In this document: positions 16,097 to 25,958 of the stretch, in pieces
How the letters are laid out: each line of letters starts with the position of its first letter
Numbering within the stretch: position 1 is the first letter of the stretch
Assembly (NCBI GenBank): GCA_964446015.1
Contig: CAYUMT010000002.1
Coordinates: forward strand, 1-49,238
DNA: 49,238 nt
Source of the DNA: Candidatus Hadarchaeota archaeon
GTDB lineage: Archaea > Hadarchaeota > Hadarchaeia > Hadarchaeales > Hadarchaeaceae
Reading direction: 5' to 3'
Made by a program: the position numbers and the translations under genes
The notes under the pieces: generated by a model
What the model was told of the DNA's origin: nothing
Database searches by the model: none
The model's input: the letters and a program-made list of their open reading frames with translations, nothing else

Positions 16097-16912
16097 ATGG
16101 AGGAATTTCTTTTTCTTGACGGCGAGCACCTCAAGGATGAGCTACCACTCAGGTCCCTATTCTTCGGGGAAGGAGTTTTCGAGACGTTCAGGTGGATGGG
16201 TAGGCCGCCCGTGTTAATTGAAAAACATTTGGCGCGAATGAGGTCAGGCGCGAGATATCTTAGCATTCCTTGTCCAGAGGACGAGGTCATCGGGGGGAAC
16301 TTGGAGGATGCGATCAGCGCGTCAGGTGTGAGGGACGCTTACGTAAAGGTCTGCCTGCTTTCTTCAGGGCCTTTAAAATTTTATGAAAGGGCTACGGGTG
16401 GTCATCTCCTAATCGTAGTGAGGGGGTACGAACGACCCAAAAATTACATGAGGGTCAAAGTCGCTTCCTCAAAGAGGGTTTCATCTTCACCAATCTTGGC
16501 ATTAAAATCTTTTAACTACTTGGAGAACGTCATCGCGCGAAGGGATGCTCAGGGTGGAGGATACGACGAGGCCATATTCCTAAATGAGCGCGAGGAGTTG
16601 ACGGAGGGAAGCTCGACCAACTTGTTCTGGATAAAGGAAAAAAATCTTTTCACACCTTCGCTTGATTGTGGCCTTCTTCCTGGCATCACGCGTGAAGCCC
16701 TGATACAATTAGGTTCAGAAATTGGCTTCAGCGTCCGCCAGGGAAGTTTTAACATAGATGATTTGGTCCGGTCCGAAAGCGCTTTTTTAACCAACTCATT
16801 AATTGGCATATCAGCGATTATCGAGATCAACGAGTTTAGGATTAAAGTGCACGAAGGTATTTTCTCCGAACTCAGGCACTCTCTCTTTCAAGAGCTGGGA
16901 TGGGGACCCTAG
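16097..16912 (+). CDS. pabC: Class IV aminotransferase / aminodeoxychorismate lyase
   Basis: EGVFETFR, the YDEAIFLNEREELTEGSSTNLF fold-type IV pattern, and LPGITR. It begins 6 nt after pabB. Confidence 0.7.
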   Translation: MEEFLFLDGEHLKDELPLRSLFFGEGVFETFRWMGRPPVLIEKHLARMRSGARYLSIPCPEDEVIGGNLEDAISASGVRDAYVKVCLLSSGPLKFYERATGGHLLIVVRGYERPKNYMRVKVASSKRVSSSPILALKSFNYLENVIARRDAQGGGYDEAIFLNEREELTEGSSTNLFWIKEKNLFTPSLDCGLLPGITREALIQLGSEIGFSVRQGSFNIDDLVRSESAFLTNSLIGISAIIEINEFRIKVHEGIFSELRHSLFQELGWGP

Positions 16913-17247
16913 GACTTGAGCTTCAGAATAGCCTCCGCGATGTTGCTACCTGTTTCCTTGAGGGCCTGAGCTGCAATCTCGCGATTGACCCCCACCTGTT
17001 CCATGACTAGCTTGATGTCCTCCTCATTAAGCTCAAGCTCCGGCTTACGCTCGAATTCCTGTCCGCTGACTTGGTAGCTCCGCTGGCCGGTCATTTCGGT
17101 TCTCACCACCTGGGCGTTTGGTATCACTATATCCCTGTCCGCGAGCTTGATCACCACCTCTCGCACCCCCTCGAGTTCATCCATCTTCACGCCCATTTGA
17201 CGCATCGCCCTCTCCATTTGGCGTTTGTCTATTTTCCTTGGAAACAC
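16909..17247 (-). CDS. nac: Nascent polypeptide-associated complex protein (archaeal NAC)
   Basis: MFPRKIDKRQMERAMRQMGVKMDELEGVREVVIKL is a NAC domain. There is a C-terminal UBA-like IAQALKETGSNIAEAILKL. Confidence 0.85.
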   Translation of the reverse strand: MFPRKIDKRQMERAMRQMGVKMDELEGVREVVIKLADRDIVIPNAQVVRTEMTGQRSYQVSGQEFERKPELELNEEDIKLVMEQVGVNREIAAQALKETGSNIAEAILKLKS

Positions 17248-17286
17248 CTAATCACCCATCTTCATATCATTCAACCACCTAAAAAA

Positions 17287-17721
17287 TTAAGCATAGCTAC
17301 CGAAGCCCCTTCTCACTGTAACCGCTTTACCCTGCTCAAATGAGATCATCTCTTCGCCCGTCAATAGGGCTGTCCCGCTTGCGAGTAGGCGGCCATCCTC
17401 GTCGACGACCAACACCTCCTCGCGCGGCCTTATCTCAGGGTCCGCGGCTATGATGTGTTTGGCGAAAACAGTTCTGCCGCCGGCGATGAACGAGGCCGCG
17501 TCCCTTTCGACCGTCACGCGCAGGCGCGGCGGCTTGAGGGCGGTGTGCAAAAGTTCGGCCCCCCTTCTGTTGAGTACTATGAATCCATCTGAGGCGCGGA
17601 TGGAACAGAGTATTTCTCCACCCAACCAAACTTGGCGTATCCGTCCCTTGGTTTTGACAATTCGGACCCCGTTCGGGAACAGCGCCTTACCAACGCCCTT
17701 GTCGAACAGATAGTCCGCCAC
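17287..17721 (-). CDS. PUA-domain RNA-binding protein
   Basis: 144 aa with C-terminal PREEVLVVDEDGRLLASGTALLTGEEM, typical of PUA domains. Confidence 0.65.
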   Translation of the reverse strand: MADYLFDKGVGKALFPNGVRIVKTKGRIRQVWLGGEILCSIRASDGFIVLNRRGAELLHTALKPPRLRVTVERDAASFIAGGRTVFAKHIIAADPEIRPREEVLVVDEDGRLLASGTALLTGEEMISFEQGKAVTVRRGFGSYA

Positions 17722-17802
17722 TGCTCTGAGTTTAGTGAGTTCTTTGAAAGTTGGCTCCTGAAAGATGTATCCACACCCCTTATCGTTAATAAAATTCCAT
17801 GT

Positions 17803-18639
17803 TTAAATCGACTTCTTATCCGGACCGATCTTTGCATCTATTGCAACGTGGTCCACGCCTGGAGCATAGCGCTTAACTAATCGTTTGCTAGTTATCTCCA
17901 CCCTTCGCCCGGCGGCTGCATCCAAAATCCTCTTTATCGGGCGGTCGAACCTCAGCCTCGACGGGACGCTTTCGTGGTAGTGGATTACACCTCCGCTGGG
18001 CATGAGAGCATCGAGGGCAAGTGGGATATATCGATGCGTCACATGTAGGATACCCATTATAACGCGGTCGGCCATGTTTTTTGGGGCCACCTCAGCGCAA
18101 TCCCCTAGGATAGGACTAACGATGTGTCCTACTCGGTTCATCCTTATGTTTTCGAGTAGATATCCGTAGGCGAGCTGGTTCATCTCTATTGCGTAAACCT
18201 TGCTGGGCCTTGCGTGAACGGCTATGGGTACGCTGAATTGCCCGACTCCAGCGAATAGGTCCACGACAACCTCACCATGTGCAACGAGTTCAATCAGCCG
18301 TTTTCGTTCGTGAAGGTTTCCTGGGGAGAACATGAGCTGTGCCGCATCGATTTTGAACCTACAACCGTTCTCGGTGTGGATGGTTTCAGTTACAGGGTCT
18401 CCCGATATAACTCGCAGTTTCGGAGACCTGTGGCGTCCAGATATAGGTCCCTCTTGGAGTGCAACTGTCCTAGCACCACTTATCTCAATGATTTTTTTTG
18501 CAATGTCATGAGCATGGCCAGCGAGCTCGTGAGGCAATGAGATAGTGGCAATATGGCCTATGCGCTTAAAACCACGGGGAAGGATTTCCAGTTCATCCTT
18601 ACTTAAGGTATTCCGCATTGCCTCTCGCAGGCTCTTCAT
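17803..18639 (-). CDS. trm5: Met-10+/Trm5-family tRNA (guanine37-N1)-methyltransferase (Trm5 or Taw22-like)
   Basis: SAM motif VVDLFAGVGQFSVPIA, an NP-containing region, and RIGHIATISL near the N-terminus. 278 aa. Confidence 0.75.
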   Translation of the reverse strand: MKSLREAMRNTLSKDELEILPRGFKRIGHIATISLPHELAGHAHDIAKKIIEISGARTVALQEGPISGRHRSPKLRVISGDPVTETIHTENGCRFKIDAAQLMFSPGNLHERKRLIELVAHGEVVVDLFAGVGQFSVPIAVHARPSKVYAIEMNQLAYGYLLENIRMNRVGHIVSPILGDCAEVAPKNMADRVIMGILHVTHRYIPLALDALMPSGGVIHYHESVPSRLRFDRPIKRILDAAAGRRVEITSKRLVKRYAPGVDHVAIDAKIGPDKKSI

Positions 18640-18649
18640 GGGCGACCCA

Positions 18650-20098
18650 TTATCTTTTCTTTCGCCTTGGCTTGCTGGGTTTTACTAGACCGACAGTTTC
18701 CAAGAACTTCCTGCCGACAACTCGATCTATCTCCCTTCTGAGCCCCTTCTTGCTGGTCTTGAAAAGTGAAATGGGGATTGTGGCACCAGCCATCCTCGGG
18801 TGTCCTCCAGCAGAGCCGATTGCGCCAAGGGCCTTCTTCAGCGTCAGTCCAATGTGCAGTGACACGTCATTGGTTCTAGCTGAAGCCCGAACCACGTCCC
18901 CACATATTCCATAAATTAGAGTGGTCGCCACGCCCTCTTGATTGAGCAGGAAGTCCGCCGCCTGCGCTAGGAGATCCCTGTCCTTGACCACCCCCACGTT
19001 CGCCAAAAGGTATCTGCCCACTATCTTCTTAGATTTTATAGCAGTCGCAAGTACATCCAATGCTTCGGAAGAGATGTTCGGCCAAAGCAACCTGTTCAGC
19101 AGGTCCGTGTCCGAGATATTCATCAAGTACTCGAATGCCTTGAAGTCCGGAGGTTTCGCCCCTCGCGTGAAATACATGGTGTCTGTGAGTATGCCGACGA
19201 TGAGCGATGTGGCGGTTGCCTTGTCTATCTCGATTCCCCCGTACCTCAGGTAATTTGTCAAATTTGTCGAACTGGCACCGACGAGCGTTAGGTCCACATA
19301 TCTGCCAACGACCTCCCCGGATGGTACCGAATGGTGGTCCAGCACAATTGTCGGTAATATTTCTCTGGGTAGTGCGCAGTTGGCATATGTCGCCACGTCC
19401 ACCAGGGCAAAAGCCGTGTAGCTCTTGAAATCCACATTTTCAGACTCTAACATGTTCAGCTCAAGCATGTTCACGAGGGCACGGTTCTGCGAGTGGCCGA
19501 TGGTGCCATTGTAGATAATGTCGGCGTCTAGCCCGAACGCCTTGGCATACTTCTTCAACGCAACCGCGCTAGCAATGCTGTCGGGGTCAGGGTTAGTCTG
19601 CATGACTATCGCCAATCTGCCACCAACAAATTCTTGGATCAGAGCTCGGAGTCGCTTCTCCTTAGCCATCTGCATGAGGTTTTCAAACTTTTCTACCGCG
19701 TGTTTGGCCAATGACTGCGATTCTGGCAACGCATCGCTAGCCCCCAGGCGCTTAACCTCATCCACCTCAGCTTCGTCCATCACACGGGCAATCACGACTG
19801 GGTCGACCCTGAGCTCTTTTTTCACCCTGTTTATCGCACCGAGTGCTCTTTGTGTTGAGGAGATGTCTGTGGCCATTATAAGCACGATATCCGCTTGCAT
19901 CATGCCAGCTCCCCTCAAAACATCGGGTAGCCCGAAGTCACCCTGAATCGCGTTGTATCCAATTTGCTTCAGTTGCCCAACGCGTTTCGGGTCCATTTCC
20001 AAAATTTTGACATCCGCGCCGCGGCCTTTCAGCTCGGCGACGACCGAAAATCCCACGTCTCCGCATCCCAAGATTAAATACACCGAAGCCCCTCGCAT
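18650..20098 (-). CDS. TrkA-N (NAD-binding) domain fused to a DHH/DHHA1 phosphoesterase
   Basis: The N-terminal ILGCGDVGFSVVAELKGRGADV is a Rossmann/TrkA-N motif. Then DPDSIAS, VLDHH and GGHPRMAG (DHHA1). The tail is polybasic (KPSKPRRKKR). Confidence 0.8.
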   Translation of the reverse strand: MRGASVYLILGCGDVGFSVVAELKGRGADVKILEMDPKRVGQLKQIGYNAIQGDFGLPDVLRGAGMMQADIVLIMATDISSTQRALGAINRVKKELRVDPVVIARVMDEAEVDEVKRLGASDALPESQSLAKHAVEKFENLMQMAKEKRLRALIQEFVGGRLAIVMQTNPDPDSIASAVALKKYAKAFGLDADIIYNGTIGHSQNRALVNMLELNMLESENVDFKSYTAFALVDVATYANCALPREILPTIVLDHHSVPSGEVVGRYVDLTLVGASSTNLTNYLRYGGIEIDKATATSLIVGILTDTMYFTRGAKPPDFKAFEYLMNISDTDLLNRLLWPNISSEALDVLATAIKSKKIVGRYLLANVGVVKDRDLLAQAADFLLNQEGVATTLIYGICGDVVRASARTNDVSLHIGLTLKKALGAIGSAGGHPRMAGATIPISLFKTSKKGLRREIDRVVGRKFLETVGLVKPSKPRRKKR

Positions 20099-20350
20099 AA
20101 CTATTTTTCACTTAATATTAATGGGTAAGTGATGTCGTCCTGAAAAGACTTTTGTCGGGCTTTTGTGTACTGGGGGTCAAACTTCATTTATAAGACAGAC
20201 TAGTTTGATTACAGTTACATCATTTTGACAATAGCAAAAGATAATTACAAGTTCTCAATGTTTATACTCAAATGATTACAAATAAATTTAAGGCTGATGT
20301 TAACTTAGTGAGGTTATAGGCGATTGGAAAAGCCAAGGAGGAAATCAAAG

Positions 20351-21382
20351 ATGGTTGGTCATCGTTCAGGCGGCCCAGTCGAAATTGGTAAGGAAAGGGC
20401 AAAGAAGGCAAGGGTCACGATAATTGACTACGATGAAGCTAAATTTCAGGAGAAGGAGGCAAAGACAGTTAAAGAATGCTTTCCCTTCAAGGAAACCCCA
20501 ACCGTGACATGGATAAATGTTGACGGTCTTGAGCCTGACATCATAAAGCAGCTCGGCGATTGTTTCGGCATGCACCCCCTCGTGCTTGAGGATATTTTGG
20601 CCACCGATCAGCGTCCAAAAATGGAAGATTATGATAGTTACATATACGTAGTTCTGAAAATGATCTCTTACCGAAGCGAAAACGACGAGATAACCGCAGA
20701 ACAGGTAAGTTTGATATTGGGTCAGAATTTTGTAATTTCCTTCCAGGAGACGGTGGGGGATGTCTTTGACCAAATTAGGGACCGAATAAGGGGAGAGAAG
20801 GGTCGCGTAAGAAAGATGGGTGCCGATTATCTCGCATATTGTTTGATCGACGCAATCGTTGACAACTATTTTAAAATCCTTGAGAAGTTGGGTGAAAAGA
20901 TAGAGACCTTGGAGGAGAAGTTGTTGATCAACCCAACTCCGAGGACCTCACAGGCGATTCACAGGCTGAAGAGGGAGATGATTTTCCTGCGCAAGTCGAT
21001 CTGGCCAATGAGGGAGTTGATAAGCGGATTGCAGAGGGGAGAATCCAAGATGATCACCGGGCCCACCAAGATATACCTCAGGGACGTTTACGACCACACA
21101 ATTCAGATAATAGACACGATGGAGACGATGAGGGACATGGTATCCGGGATGATCGATGTGTACCTCTCGAGTATTAGTAATAAAATGAACGAGGTTATGA
21201 AGGTCCTGACGATTATTGCCACGATATTTATCCCCCTCACGTTCGTAGCTGGAGTTTACGGGATGAATTTCCGATATATGCCAGAAATCGATTGGAATTT
21301 GGGATATCCCATAGTTTTGCTCATAATGGCTTTCATAGCTTTATTGATGGTCCTATTTTTCAGAAGGAAGAGATGGATATAA
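20351..21382 (+). CDS. corA: CorA-family magnesium/cobalt transporter
   Basis: YGMNF motif followed by two C-terminal TM helices. AGGAGG lies 9 nt upstream of the ATG at 20351. The track start at 20324 is a TTG. Confidence 0.9.
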   Translation: MVGHRSGGPVEIGKERAKKARVTIIDYDEAKFQEKEAKTVKECFPFKETPTVTWINVDGLEPDIIKQLGDCFGMHPLVLEDILATDQRPKMEDYDSYIYVVLKMISYRSENDEITAEQVSLILGQNFVISFQETVGDVFDQIRDRIRGEKGRVRKMGADYLAYCLIDAIVDNYFKILEKLGEKIETLEEKLLINPTPRTSQAIHRLKREMIFLRKSIWPMRELISGLQRGESKMITGPTKIYLRDVYDHTIQIIDTMETMRDMVSGMIDVYLSSISNKMNEVMKVLTIIATIFIPLTFVAGVYGMNFRYMPEIDWNLGYPIVLLIMAFIALLMVLFFRRKRWI

Positions 21383-21579
21383 TCCACGTCGGTTTCGGCT
21401 TGCATAAATTATTATAACGTGTATGATACGGAATGATAAAGAATGCCTACCTAAAGCTGCTAGGCCAGCTCCGATAGTTCGCTGAAACCCATGGATTTAT
21501 TTAAACGTGTAATTATTATCTTCAGTTCTTTCCAACCGCTTTTATGTTAAAGCGAAAGAATGTTAGTGGAGGTGGACTG

Positions 21580-21873
21580 ATGTTGAAGAATGCTCAAGAG
21601 GCTGTGAGGGGGATTTCTGGAGGATATCACAAAAAATATGCCACAACCTCAGCCTATTTTCACAGCTTGGTTACTGAGCAGATGGGGCAGGTAGCCCTCT
21701 CATACATGTTAAGGGGACGTTATGCGAAGGACATAGAGGTTGACATTGCGGATGTTATACTTGCTTGCTTGGCTTACCTTAACTGGCTTGACAAGGATGC
21801 TTCCGCCGCTTTTAAAAAGTCATTGGAAAAGCATAGGCGAGTACTTAAAAAATTGAAGAGAAAGAGGCCTTGA
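21580..21873 (+). CDS. Small helical protein, possibly MazG-like fold
   Basis: GGAGGTGG lies 5 nt upstream of the ATG at 21580. LVTEQMGQVA ... DIADVILACLAYLNWL loosely resembles the MazG-type EExGE ... ELADVL pattern, but acidic residues are replaced. Confidence 0.35.
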   Translation: MLKNAQEAVRGISGGYHKKYATTSAYFHSLVTEQMGQVALSYMLRGRYAKDIEVDIADVILACLAYLNWLDKDASAAFKKSLEKHRRVLKKLKRKRP

Positions 21874-22063
21874 TGGCAAAAGGCCTAGGTCTGGATTCAC
21901 GCTTAAATGGCATAGTAGGTATCCTCTACAATTTCGTAATATTTTAACGAAGGCCCACCGGTAAGGCAACTATCGGTTTCAGGATTGTTTAATAACACAG
22001 GAATAAATTATTCTATTACTACATATTTAAACAAAAAGGGAGTAAAGCTGTGAGGGTGGTGAG

Positions 22064-23419
22064 TTGTCAAAACCTGTGTGGGTTAGGAAGGGACCGCGCA
22101 TTTTGAAGCCCATCCCCGGCCCTAGGGCTAAAAAGCTCGTCGCTAGGGACGAACGTGTCATGTCTCCTTCCTACACAAGGGCAGACCCCATCGTTGCGGA
22201 CGAGGGCTGGGGTTGCTATATGCGCGATATTGACGGCAACGTGTTTTTGGACCTCTCATCAGGCATGTTCGTCCTGAATTACGGTTACTCACATCCGCGT
22301 TTGATAAAGGCGGTTGTCAAGCAGGCAGCGAAGCTAACCCATTTTGCCGGAACGGACTTCTACTACGAGGCGCAGGTCGAACTGGCGGAGCGATTAACGC
22401 GGCTGGTTCCCGGAAAGTCCCAAAAGAAAGTTTACTTCGGGAACTCGGGTGCTGAGGCCGTCGAGGCGGCGTTCAAATGTGCACGCTGGCACACGCGTCG
22501 ACCGAGAATGATAGCATTCACCGGGGCCTTTCACGGTAGAACTTTCGGGGCCATGAGCCTGTCCGCTACGAGCGTTCTTCACCACCGCTATTTCTATCCC
22601 TTGGTGCCCGGGGTGAGCCATATGCCCTACCCATACTGCTATCGATGCCTGTTCGGCAAGGAATATCCGGCTTGCGGCTATCAGTGCGTTGAATTCATCA
22701 AGGGCTATCTGAACAAGGTGATCCCGGCGGAGGAAGTGGCCGCCGTGATCGTTGAGCCCATTCAAGGGGGCTCAGGATACATCATGCCTCCACCGGAGTA
22801 CTTTAAGCTATTGAAGGAATTATGCGACGAGCATGACTGGCTGTTTATAGCTGATGAGATCCAAACTGGCCTCGGTCGCTCCGGCAAGATGTTCGCGATC
22901 GAGCACTGGAACGTGGTCCCCGACATAGTTTGCGTGGCAAAGGCCCTTTCTGGAGGTATGGCCCCAATTGGTGCCATGATAGCTAGCGCGAAAGTGATGA
23001 ACTGGGAGCCCGGCGCGCATGCCTCCACATTTGGGGGTAACTTGGTTGCCTGCGTTGCTGCCATAGAGGGACTAAAGATACTTAAGGAACAGAGGCTGAC
23101 CCAGCGAGCTGCTAAACTCGGCGAGCGAGTTCTTAAGAGGTTACAGGAGATGGAGGAAAGTTCAAAGATAATAGGTGAGGTGAGGGGCAAAGGTCTGCTC
23201 CTTGCGTTGGAGATAGTAAGGGACAAACGGACCAGGAAGAGGGGAATAAAGGAGCGCGATATGATAGTGCGCAGGGCCCTTGATCGTGGATTGATTGTCT
23301 TCAGGGGCGGGAGGTCCGTGATCAGGGTAGCTCCCCCGTTGATAATAGGTGAAAGCGAACTCGACCTCGGTCTGGATATCCTTGAGGAATCTCTTCGAGA
23401 GGTTGAGCGAAAATGCTGA
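22064..23419 (+). CDS. Class III pyridoxal-phosphate aminotransferase (ArgD/GabT/LysJ-like)
   Basis: GNSGAEAVEAAFK, DEIQTGLGRSGKMFA and the PLP-lysine context VAKALSGG. TTG start. First gene of the lysine cluster. Confidence 0.85.
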   Translation: MSKPVWVRKGPRILKPIPGPRAKKLVARDERVMSPSYTRADPIVADEGWGCYMRDIDGNVFLDLSSGMFVLNYGYSHPRLIKAVVKQAAKLTHFAGTDFYYEAQVELAERLTRLVPGKSQKKVYFGNSGAEAVEAAFKCARWHTRRPRMIAFTGAFHGRTFGAMSLSATSVLHHRYFYPLVPGVSHMPYPYCYRCLFGKEYPACGYQCVEFIKGYLNKVIPAEEVAAVIVEPIQGGSGYIMPPPEYFKLLKELCDEHDWLFIADEIQTGLGRSGKMFAIEHWNVVPDIVCVAKALSGGMAPIGAMIASAKVMNWEPGAHASTFGGNLVACVAAIEGLKILKEQRLTQRAAKLGERVLKRLQEMEESSKIIGEVRGKGLLLALEIVRDKRTRKRGIKERDMIVRRALDRGLIVFRGGRSVIRVAPPLIIGESELDLGLDILEESLREVERKC

Positions 23420-24726
23420 TGCTCAAGTCCCATTTCTCGACGAACGCGCGCGGACACATGTTAATAGGCCTCGTTGATATCGTGGAGCTGGCTGAGAAAT
23501 TCGGCACACCGCTATACGTGATGGACGAGCAGCGCGTGCGCGACAAGTACCGCCGTTTTCATCGGGCTTTTTCGGACAGGTGGTCCGGGGTGCAGGTCCG
23601 GTATGCACTCAAGGCCAATTCTAATCTTGCCGTGGTAAAAATATTGCAGGGCGAGGGAGCGGGCGCAGATGTCAGCTCTGAGAACGAGTTGAGGATAGCC
23701 CTGAAGACCGGGATTCCTGGCGAGAGAATTGTCTTCAACGGCAACCACAAAACGTCGTGGGAGTTGGAGTTCGCGTTAAAAAACAACGTCTTGGTAAACG
23801 TCGATAGCTTTCAAGAGCTTGAGGCGATCGCCAAGGTGGCCTCGAAGCTTGGTAAGCGCGCGAGAGTTGGGTTCAGGGTCAACCCAGACGTTAGGGCAAA
23901 GACCCACCCATATATAGCTACTGGTCTTAAGGAGAGCAAGTTCGGGTTTGATGTGGCCAGCGGGCAGGCGCTCGAGGCTTTCAGGCTCGCGGCAGGCATG
24001 AAGAAGGTAGAGGTCGTAGGCATACACGCCAACATCGGGTCCCAGATCTTGGACGCCTCACCGTTCGAGGAAGAGGCCGAAAAGCTCATGGCGATGGTCG
24101 TGGATATCAGGGATAAGCTGGACCTTGAGATTTCCTTAGTCGACTTCGGAGGTGGAATCGGCATCCCATACCATCCGGATGATAAAGAGCTACAGCCGGA
24201 GAAGGTGGCCGAGCGGGTCGTCGGGGTGGTGAAGCGGGTTGTAAATGAGAAGGGTCTCGAGAAACCCACGCTGGTATTCGAGCCGGGCCGGTACATAGTC
24301 GGTGATGCATGTGTGCTCCTCGCTCAAGTTGGCTACATAAAGGAGCGTCCCGGCATGCCGACCTGGGTGGCGGTGGACGCAGGCATGAACGCGTTGATAA
24401 GGCCGGCCCTATACGGGGCCTATCATCACATCGAAATTGCCAACAAAATCAAGAAGAAGAACGAGATGCTGGTTAATGTAGCTGGGCCTCTCTGTGAGTC
24501 TGGCGATTTTCTAGGTAAGGAAAGGATGCTGCCCAAAGTCGAGCAGGGTGACTTGGCTGTGGTCTTCGATGTGGGTGCATACGGGTTGACGATGTCGAGC
24601 CAGCATACCGCTAAGCCGCGTCCTGCGATGGTCCTCGTCAACGGCGCGAAGGCCCGTGTCGTGCGAAAGAGGGAAACTTTTGAGTATATGACGATGCTAG
24701 ACCAAATTCCGAGCTGGTTGAAATGA
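23413..24726 (+). CDS. lysA: Diaminopimelate decarboxylase
   Basis: GTPLYVMDE, YALKAN, GGGIGIPY, CESGD and fold-type III decarboxylase motifs. Overlaps the upstream gene by 7 nt. Confidence 0.9.
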   Translation: MLMLKSHFSTNARGHMLIGLVDIVELAEKFGTPLYVMDEQRVRDKYRRFHRAFSDRWSGVQVRYALKANSNLAVVKILQGEGAGADVSSENELRIALKTGIPGERIVFNGNHKTSWELEFALKNNVLVNVDSFQELEAIAKVASKLGKRARVGFRVNPDVRAKTHPYIATGLKESKFGFDVASGQALEAFRLAAGMKKVEVVGIHANIGSQILDASPFEEEAEKLMAMVVDIRDKLDLEISLVDFGGGIGIPYHPDDKELQPEKVAERVVGVVKRVVNEKGLEKPTLVFEPGRYIVGDACVLLAQVGYIKERPGMPTWVAVDAGMNALIRPALYGAYHHIEIANKIKKKNEMLVNVAGPLCESGDFLGKERMLPKVEQGDLAVVFDVGAYGLTMSSQHTAKPRPAMVLVNGAKARVVRKRETFEYMTMLDQIPSWLK

Positions 24727-25955
24727 GGCGGCTAGTCGTAAAGTTCGGCGGAACGAGCGTCGGCGATGGCGACCGGGTACTTTTAGGCGCCAAGTCGGTT
24801 TACAACGAGTATCGCAAGGGAACTCAGATAGCTGTGGTCGTCTCGGCCATGGGGCACGCCACCGACGAGCTTATCAAGGCTGCTAACGCGAGCACGCAGA
24901 AGAAACTGACGAGGAAGGATATGGACGACATAATGGCTATGGGTGAGCGCACGAGTGCGCGCGTATTCGCGGCGGCGTTGTGCAGTCTTGGCGCTGAGGC
25001 CAAGTCGATAGATCCGGGGCAGCCGGAGTGGCCGGTAGTGACGGACAGCAACTTCGGGCTTGCAAACATAGACCTAGATGAGACAAGACGAAGGGTGGAG
25101 AAGTACATCCTGCCGTTGCTCAAAAGGCATGTAATCCCGGTGATATGTGGATTTCTGGGAAGGGATGGGGATGGAAACGTGACCACGGTAGGTCGCGGCG
25201 GGAGCGATATAACTGGCTTTCTCATGGGCAAATGTATGGATGCGGAAGAGGTCGTGATAGTGACAGATGTGGAGGGGGTAATGACCGCTGACCCGGACAA
25301 AGTTCCAGATGCGCACCTGCTCGAGACAATAACCGTGGAGGAGATGCGGGACCTAGCGATGTTCGGCGCCCAAGTGATGCACCCGCGGGCCATGACATAC
25401 AAGGATCCGGGCATAAGCGCGAGGGTTATACACTTCCGGCACGGTAATCTATTTGTTAACGGGACAAGGATAATCGGTCCAAGTGGGGGTGAGTTTGTGG
25501 GTGTTAGGCTATATGAAAGGCCTTTGGCGATGCTCACTATCGTGGGTGAGTCCATGCAGACCACCCCAGGAATTCTGTGTAAGTCCTCAGAACCGCTGAG
25601 CAAGGCCGGGATAAACATCTTCGGGGTTTCGATAGGTCCTAGGTCCTTTTCGTTATATGTGGTGGAGGAGGACACGAAGAGGGCTCTGAACCTACTTCAC
25701 AGGTCCATAGTGAGAAATAAATTGATGAAGTCGGTGACAAGCGAGGGCAATTTGGCAATGATAATAGCTGAGAGCGAGCGGTTCATATACACCCCCGGAG
25801 TAATAGCTAAGCTCACGGAGCCTCTGGCGGAGGCAAAGGTCAACATAGTCGAGATGCTCTCCAGCAGGACTTCCATAAGCTTTTTCGTGAACTGGGAGGA
25901 CCGCGATAAGGCCCTCAAGCTCTTCAGGAAGGCCATGAAGGGTTTGGAGGTTTGA
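24723..25955 (+). CDS. lysC: Aspartate kinase
   Basis: VVKFGGTSVGD, VVVSAMG, GRGGSD and C-terminal ACT-like repeats. 4-nt overlap with lysA. Confidence 0.9.
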   Translation: MRRLVVKFGGTSVGDGDRVLLGAKSVYNEYRKGTQIAVVVSAMGHATDELIKAANASTQKKLTRKDMDDIMAMGERTSARVFAAALCSLGAEAKSIDPGQPEWPVVTDSNFGLANIDLDETRRRVEKYILPLLKRHVIPVICGFLGRDGDGNVTTVGRGGSDITGFLMGKCMDAEEVVIVTDVEGVMTADPDKVPDAHLLETITVEEMRDLAMFGAQVMHPRAMTYKDPGISARVIHFRHGNLFVNGTRIIGPSGGEFVGVRLYERPLAMLTIVGESMQTTPGILCKSSEPLSKAGINIFGVSIGPRSFSLYVVEEDTKRALNLLHRSIVRNKLMKSVTSEGNLAMIIAESERFIYTPGVIAKLTEPLAEAKVNIVEMLSSRTSISFFVNWEDRDKALKLFRKAMKGLEV

Positions 25956-25958
25956 TGC

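Noticed and set aside
20207-20280. TGATTACA twice (20206.., 20273..) plus AATTACA (20243..) upstream of corA, considered as operator sites
   Set aside because: These are short AT-rich words in an AT-rich 225-bp spacer, with no dyad symmetry. That is insufficient without genome-wide enrichment.
21420-21500. ATGATA / TGATAA / CTGA elements considered as a C/D box sRNA
   Set aside because: Box spacing (5 nt between the putative C and C' boxes, about 75 nt to the D box) does not fit the archaeal 12-nt guide architecture.
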